Shown here: positions 59,598 through 64,000 of the stretch, piece after piece
Layout of the letters: every line of letters starts with the position of its first letter
How positions within the stretch are numbered: position 1 is the first letter of the stretch
Assembly (NCBI GenBank): GCA_002361355.1
Contig: DESQ01000029.1
Span: 21,141 to 85,140 of the forward strand
Direction of reading: 5' to 3'
From: Lachnospiraceae bacterium UBA3310
Lineage (GTDB): Bacteria > Bacillota > Clostridia > Lachnospirales > Lachnospiraceae
Length of the DNA stretch: 64,000 bases
The notes under the pieces: generated by a model
Databases searched by the model: none
What the model was told of the DNA's origin: nothing
The model's input: the letters and a program-made list of their open reading frames with translations, nothing else
Program-made: the position numbers and the translations under genes

Positions 59598-60962
59598 ATG
59601 AACTTAAAGGGAAAAAAGGTGCTGGTGGTCGGTTCGGGCATCAGCGGAATCGGGGCTGTGGAGGCTCTGCACCGCGTGGGGGCGGTTCCGGTCTTATTCG
59701 ATGAAAATGAAAAATTGCAGACAGAGGATGTAAGGGCGAAGCTAAAACCGGGCGTTTCGGCGCAGATCGTCATCGGGCGTCTGGGTGAGGAACTGAAAAA
59801 AGAGGTGGAGCTGGTGGTGTTAAGCCCCGGCGTACCCACGGACACGGCATTTGTTGCTGCATTCCGGCAAAGGGGCATAAAGATCTGGGGAGAGATTGAG
59901 CTGGCATATGAGATCGGAAAAGGCACGGTGATCGGTATTACGGGGACGAATGGAAAAACCACGACCACATCCCTGGTGGGGGCGATTATGGCGGCTCACT
60001 GCAAAGATGTGAATGTGGTGGGGAATATCGGTAATCCCTACACGCTGACGGCTCTTGATTCCACGGAGGAGACGGTGACGGTGGCGGAGATCAGCAGTTT
60101 CCAGTTGGAGACGGTGGAGAAGTTTAAACCGAAGGTTTCCGCAATCCTGAACATCACGCCGGATCACTTAAACCGCCATCACACCATGGAGAACTATGCG
60201 GCGGCGAAGGAGGCTATCTGCAAGAATCAGACAAAGGCGGAGACTTGCGTGTTAAACTATGAAAACAGTTATACGAGGGCCTTCGGGGACCGGTGTCCTG
60301 CACGGGTGATCTGGTTTTCCTCGGAGAGAAGGCTGGAGGACGGGTTTTATCTGGAAGGGGAAGAAATCTTTCAGGCAAAGAACGGCGCGCGTGAAAGGCT
60401 CATGAACATACATGATATGAAGCTGGTGGGCACTTGTAATGTGGAAAATGTGATGGCCGCCATGGCAGCCGCAACAGCCTGCGGTGTGCCCATGGAGGAA
60501 ATCCTGCCGGTGATCAGGGAATTTCAGCCAGTGGAGCACAGGATTGAATTTGTGGCGACGAAGCGGGGCGTGGATTATTACAACGACTCCAAGGGAACGA
60601 ATCCTGACGCGGCCATTCAGGGTATTCGGGCGATGGATCGGCCAACCGTGCTGATCGGGGGCGGTTACGACAAGCAGAGTGAGTACGACGAGTGGATTGA
60701 AGCCTTCGGGGGCAAGGTCAAATGTCTGGTGCTGATTGGGCAGACGAGGGAGAAGATTGCGGCGTGCGCGAGAAAACATGGCGTGAAAAATATTGTGTTG
60801 GCGGACACTTTCGAGGAGGCGTTCAAGGTCTGCGTGGAACAGGCGGCGTCGGGAGATGCGGTTTTGCTGTCGCCGGCCTGCGCAAGCTGGGGCATGTTCC
60901 CGAACTATGAGGTCAGGGGGCAGATGTTTAAGGAAATGGTCAATCAGATGGAGGAGAACTGA
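59598..60962 (+). CDS. murD: UDP-MurNAc-L-Ala--D-Glu ligase
   Basis: SPGV, GTNGKTTT, EISSFQLE, NDSKGTN and LSPACAS. Confidence 0.96.
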   Translation: MNLKGKKVLVVGSGISGIGAVEALHRVGAVPVLFDENEKLQTEDVRAKLKPGVSAQIVIGRLGEELKKEVELVVLSPGVPTDTAFVAAFRQRGIKIWGEIELAYEIGKGTVIGITGTNGKTTTTSLVGAIMAAHCKDVNVVGNIGNPYTLTALDSTEETVTVAEISSFQLETVEKFKPKVSAILNITPDHLNRHHTMENYAAAKEAICKNQTKAETCVLNYENSYTRAFGDRCPARVIWFSSERRLEDGFYLEGEEIFQAKNGARERLMNIHDMKLVGTCNVENVMAAMAAATACGVPMEEILPVIREFQPVEHRIEFVATKRGVDYYNDSKGTNPDAAIQGIRAMDRPTVLIGGGYDKQSEYDEWIEAFGGKVKCLVLIGQTREKIAACARKHGVKNIVLADTFEEAFKVCVEQAASGDAVLLSPACASWGMFPNYEVRGQMFKEMVNQMEEN

Positions 60963-60965
60963 TAA

Positions 60966-62129
60966 GTGGCACAGAGAAATGCTTCCCGCAGAGGGCAAAA
61001 AAAAGGCGAGAGCTTCATGGATTACAGCTTGTTATTTATTGTGCTGTTTCTCGTGGGATTCGGGATGGTCATGGTGTTTTCTTCAAGTTCCTATGAGGCG
61101 AACTTAAGGGGCGATGCTACCAGGTATTTGAGACAGCAGCTTTTCGCTTCCATTTTGGGACTGGTGGCCATGATGGTGGTGGCGAACATTCCCTATCATT
61201 TTTGGGAGAGATTTGCAGTGCCGGCCTATATCGGTTCTGTGGTGCTGATTCTTTTGATCATTCCCTTCGGATACAGCTCCGGCGGCGCAACGCGCTGGCT
61301 TTACATAGGGCCGATCTCCCTGCAGGTGGCGGAGGTGGCAAAACTGGGCATGATTTTGTTCCTGTCCAGTCTGATCTGTACGCTGAACAAGGGCATACGG
61401 ACGAATAAAGGTTTTATGCTTGTGCTGTTGTCCCCCGCGCCGGTGGCTCTGATGCTGTGGCAGATTACCAATAACCTGAGCTCTGCGATTATTGTCATGG
61501 CGATTGCAGTTCTGATGCTGTTTGTGTCCTGTCCGGACTATAAGCGTTTCTTTCTTTTGGGACTGATCACACTGGCTGTGGCAGCGGCGGTGGTTTTTTA
61601 TGTGGTGCAGACGGCGGAGGCTCATGTGGACGATCTGGATTTCCGGGGCGCCCGTATACTGGCATGGCTGGATCCGGAGGCCTACGCGGACGACACCGGT
61701 TTCCAAACCATACAGGCGCTTTACGCCATCGGCAGCGGCGGTGTGCTTGGGAAAGGGCTTGGACAGAGTATGCAGAAGAGAGGTTTTCTGCCGGAGGCGC
61801 AGAATGATATGATTTTTTCCATTATCTGTGAGGAGCTGGGGCTTTTTGGAGGGATTGCCGTCATTGTCATGTTTCTGCTGTTAATCTGGCGGCTGATGAT
61901 TATAGCCAACAATGCGCCGGATCTCTACGGCGCCCTTCTGGTGGTGGGCGTGATGGGACATATTGCCGTGCAGGTGATCTTAAATATCGCCGTGGTTACC
62001 AACACGATCCCGAATACGGGTATTTCGCTTCCGTTTATCAGTTACGGAGGCTCGTCGGTCATGTTCCTCCTGATAGAAATCGGACTGACTTTGAGCGTGG
62101 CAAAAGGCATTCACCTAAAAGATTTATGA
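60966..62129 (+). CDS. ftsW: SEDS protein FtsW/SpoVE
   Basis: GATRW, GSGGVLGKG, LPEAQNDMIF and PNTGISLPFISYGGSS. Confidence 0.9.
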   Translation: MAQRNASRRGQKKGESFMDYSLLFIVLFLVGFGMVMVFSSSSYEANLRGDATRYLRQQLFASILGLVAMMVVANIPYHFWERFAVPAYIGSVVLILLIIPFGYSSGGATRWLYIGPISLQVAEVAKLGMILFLSSLICTLNKGIRTNKGFMLVLLSPAPVALMLWQITNNLSSAIIVMAIAVLMLFVSCPDYKRFFLLGLITLAVAAAVVFYVVQTAEAHVDDLDFRGARILAWLDPEAYADDTGFQTIQALYAIGSGGVLGKGLGQSMQKRGFLPEAQNDMIFSIICEELGLFGGIAVIVMFLLLIWRLMIIANNAPDLYGALLVVGVMGHIAVQVILNIAVVTNTIPNTGISLPFISYGGSSVMFLLIEIGLTLSVAKGIHLKDL

Positions 62130-62200
62130 GGACAAGATAATTTTTGTTCGAAAATCCATATAGATAGAATAGGTCATAATTTGAGATTTGAGGTAAATTT

Positions 62201-63451
62201 ATGGACGCTGTTCGTATCTATGGTGGAAAAAGTCTTTCGGGACAGACGAGGATACAAGGTTCCAAGAACGCTTCGCTACCGATTCTGGCGGCGACACTTT
62301 TGATAGACGGTACCTGCGAGATAGAAAACTGCCCGGATATTTCGGATGTGTATCACATGCTGCGGCTTCTGGAAAGTCTGGGTTGTCAGGTAACCAGGGA
62401 GAAGAGCCTCATCCGTGTGGACACGGGTGGAGTGGCCGCATGCGATATGCCGGCGGATTCTGTGGGGGTTATGCGTTCCTCCATCATGCTTTTAGGGGCG
62501 CTGCTTGCAAGAATGGGAACGGTGTCCATGGAGTATCCTGGCGGCTGTGTGATCGGGAAACGTCCCATCGACCAGCATCTGTGTGCACTGAGACGTATGG
62601 GTGTGGAGATTATCGAGGGCAGGGAGGAATTTCAGGCAAAAGCGGGAAAGCTGCACGGTGCGGTGCAGGAACTTCCCTTTGTCAGCGTGGGCGTGACGGA
62701 AAACCTGATTCTGGCGGCAGTTCTGGCGGAGGGCGAGACGGTGATCTGTCCGGCGGCAAGAGAGCCGGAGATACAGGCTCTGTGCGAATTTCTGATAAAG
62801 GCCGGAGGCCGGATACAGGGTGTGGGAACGAAACGTCTGGTCATTGAGGGCGTAAAAAAGCTGCATCCGGTGCGTTTTCGTGTGCCGGCGGATCGGATTG
62901 TTGCCGGCACGTATCTGACCGCCTGTCTGTGCGCCGGCGGTAATGTTTTTTTGGAGGATGCGCCCTGTGAGCAGATGCAGAGTGTGCTCTCCTGTGCAGG
63001 GGCACTGGGAGCGGGGCTTATGGTATGGCCGGACGGTCTGTTTGTGGAAGGCCGGGCCTGTAACAGGCTGGCGGACGGCCTGGTGACGAAAGTTTATCCG
63101 GGATTTCCGACAGACCTGCAGTCCCTGTTTATGGTGGCGATAGCGCTATCGGGACAGGACGGCTGGATTGAGGAGACTGTCTTTGAGAATCGGTTTCGGA
63201 TTGTGCCGGAACTTGTAAAGATGGGCGCTGATATCAGAGTGGAGGGAAACCGCGCTTATATCCGGGGCGACAGACCGCTCCACAATACCATTGTGGAGGC
63301 GCAGGAACTTAGGGGCGGGGCGGCGTTAGTGGTGGCGGCGCTCGCGGCAGAAGGCACAGGCATTGTGAGAAACCGCCATTATATAGACCGGGGATATGAG
63401 GATATTACGCTGAGTCTGCGCGAGTTGGGGGCGGATCTTGAACTGGCGTAA
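62201..63451 (+). CDS. murA: UDP-GlcNAc 1-carboxyvinyltransferase
   Basis: GSKNA, PGGCVIGKRP, SVGVTEN, AAREPEI, PGFPTDLQ and IDRGY. Confidence 0.94.
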   Translation: MDAVRIYGGKSLSGQTRIQGSKNASLPILAATLLIDGTCEIENCPDISDVYHMLRLLESLGCQVTREKSLIRVDTGGVAACDMPADSVGVMRSSIMLLGALLARMGTVSMEYPGGCVIGKRPIDQHLCALRRMGVEIIEGREEFQAKAGKLHGAVQELPFVSVGVTENLILAAVLAEGETVICPAAREPEIQALCEFLIKAGGRIQGVGTKRLVIEGVKKLHPVRFRVPADRIVAGTYLTACLCAGGNVFLEDAPCEQMQSVLSCAGALGAGLMVWPDGLFVEGRACNRLADGLVTKVYPGFPTDLQSLFMVAIALSGQDGWIEETVFENRFRIVPELVKMGADIRVEGNRAYIRGDRPLHNTIVEAQELRGGAALVVAALAAEGTGIVRNRHYIDRGYEDITLSLRELGADLELA

Positions 63452-63469
63452 AGAGGATGGGGTTTGTGA

Positions 63470-64000
63470 ATGGGAAACAAAAAAACCGTGAAGAAGGGAA
63501 AGAAAAAGAATCCGAATCTGAGGCTGGTAAAGAGTGAAGAGAGTGGACGGCCGAAGAAAAAACGGGAAAAGGCCGGAACATGGGAATACAAACCGGAAAA
63601 ACTTCGCTTTGGCAGATCCAAGAGGATCGTCATTCTGCTCACTGTTTTTCTGGTTCTTCTTTTCCTTCTCGTTGGCGGTGGACTTTATATTATCAACAAT
63701 TACAGGGTGACGACGGTTTATGTGGACGGCAGTGTGCACTACACAAACGAGGAGATCATGGATATGGTTATGGGAGGCAGATTCGGAGACAATTCCCTGT
63801 ATCTGTCCCTGAAATATCAGGATAAGGGCGTGGAAAACATTCCTTTTATCGAGACTATGGACGTGACGATTGAAGCGAGGGATACAATCCGGATCACTGT
63901 GTACGAGAAAGCGCTGGCAGGTTATGTCAAATATCTGGGACGCTATGTGTATTTTGACAAGGATGGTATTGTGGTAGAGACCTCCGAGGAGGAGACGGCG
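63470..64000 (+). CDS. ftsQ: Cell division protein FtsQ/DivIB, 3' partial (absent from the ORF track)
   Basis: My translation from ATG 63470: basic N-terminus, TM, POTRA-like VTTVYVDGSVHYTNEEI...IRITVYEK; stays open to the window end. Confidence 0.88.
   Translation, partial: MGNKKTVKKGKKKNPNLRLVKSEESGRPKKKREKAGTWEYKPEKLRFGRSKRIVILLTVFLVLLFLLVGGGLYIINNYRVTTVYVDGSVHYTNEEIMDMVMGGRFGDNSLYLSLKYQDKGVENIPFIETMDVTIEARDTIRITVYEKALAGYVKYLGRYVYFDKDGIVVETSEEETA

Overview
A 64 kb, mostly plus-strand core-chromosome window from a spore-forming clostridial Firmicute (Lachnospiraceae-like by gene order and protein style; inferred, not searched). It contains a DEAD-box helicase (5' partial), gpmI, a GntR/ABC operon continuing into a MacB-type ABC-COG1361 trio, eno, hemZ, hisS-aspS, the SCIFF/ranthipeptide locus with secDF-recJ, murE-priA-def-fmt-rsmB-rlmN-stp-pknB-rsgA, ychF-lgt and the dcw cluster (mraZ to a 3'-partial ftsQ/divIB). 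Two accessory patches interrupt this backbone: hemZ-hisS (rpn nuclease, TIGR00266, TetR-MFS, AT-rich relic) and rsgA-ychF (lipoprotein, two gene fragments, class B sortase, dinD). I found no rRNA, tRNA, CRISPR array or intact transposase/integrase. The strongest second-look signals are: (1) an 84-bp perfect duplication of the ychF promoter and leader plus a second 'MKLGIV' start, bracketing dinD, which looks like an integrase-less integrative-element relic and also hints at a structured ychF leader RNA; (2) a candidate anti-SD sRNA with 11-bp-phased regulator boxes between recJ and murE; (3) a likely gene-within-gene antitoxin in rpn; (4) an enolase with a Cys-rich repeat insertion behind a sigma-G-like promoter; (5) a structured hisS-aspS leader that is not a T-box; and (6) hairpins that bury an RBS while hiding a promoter (spoVD, recJ). 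All were read by eye and none has been verified by database search.
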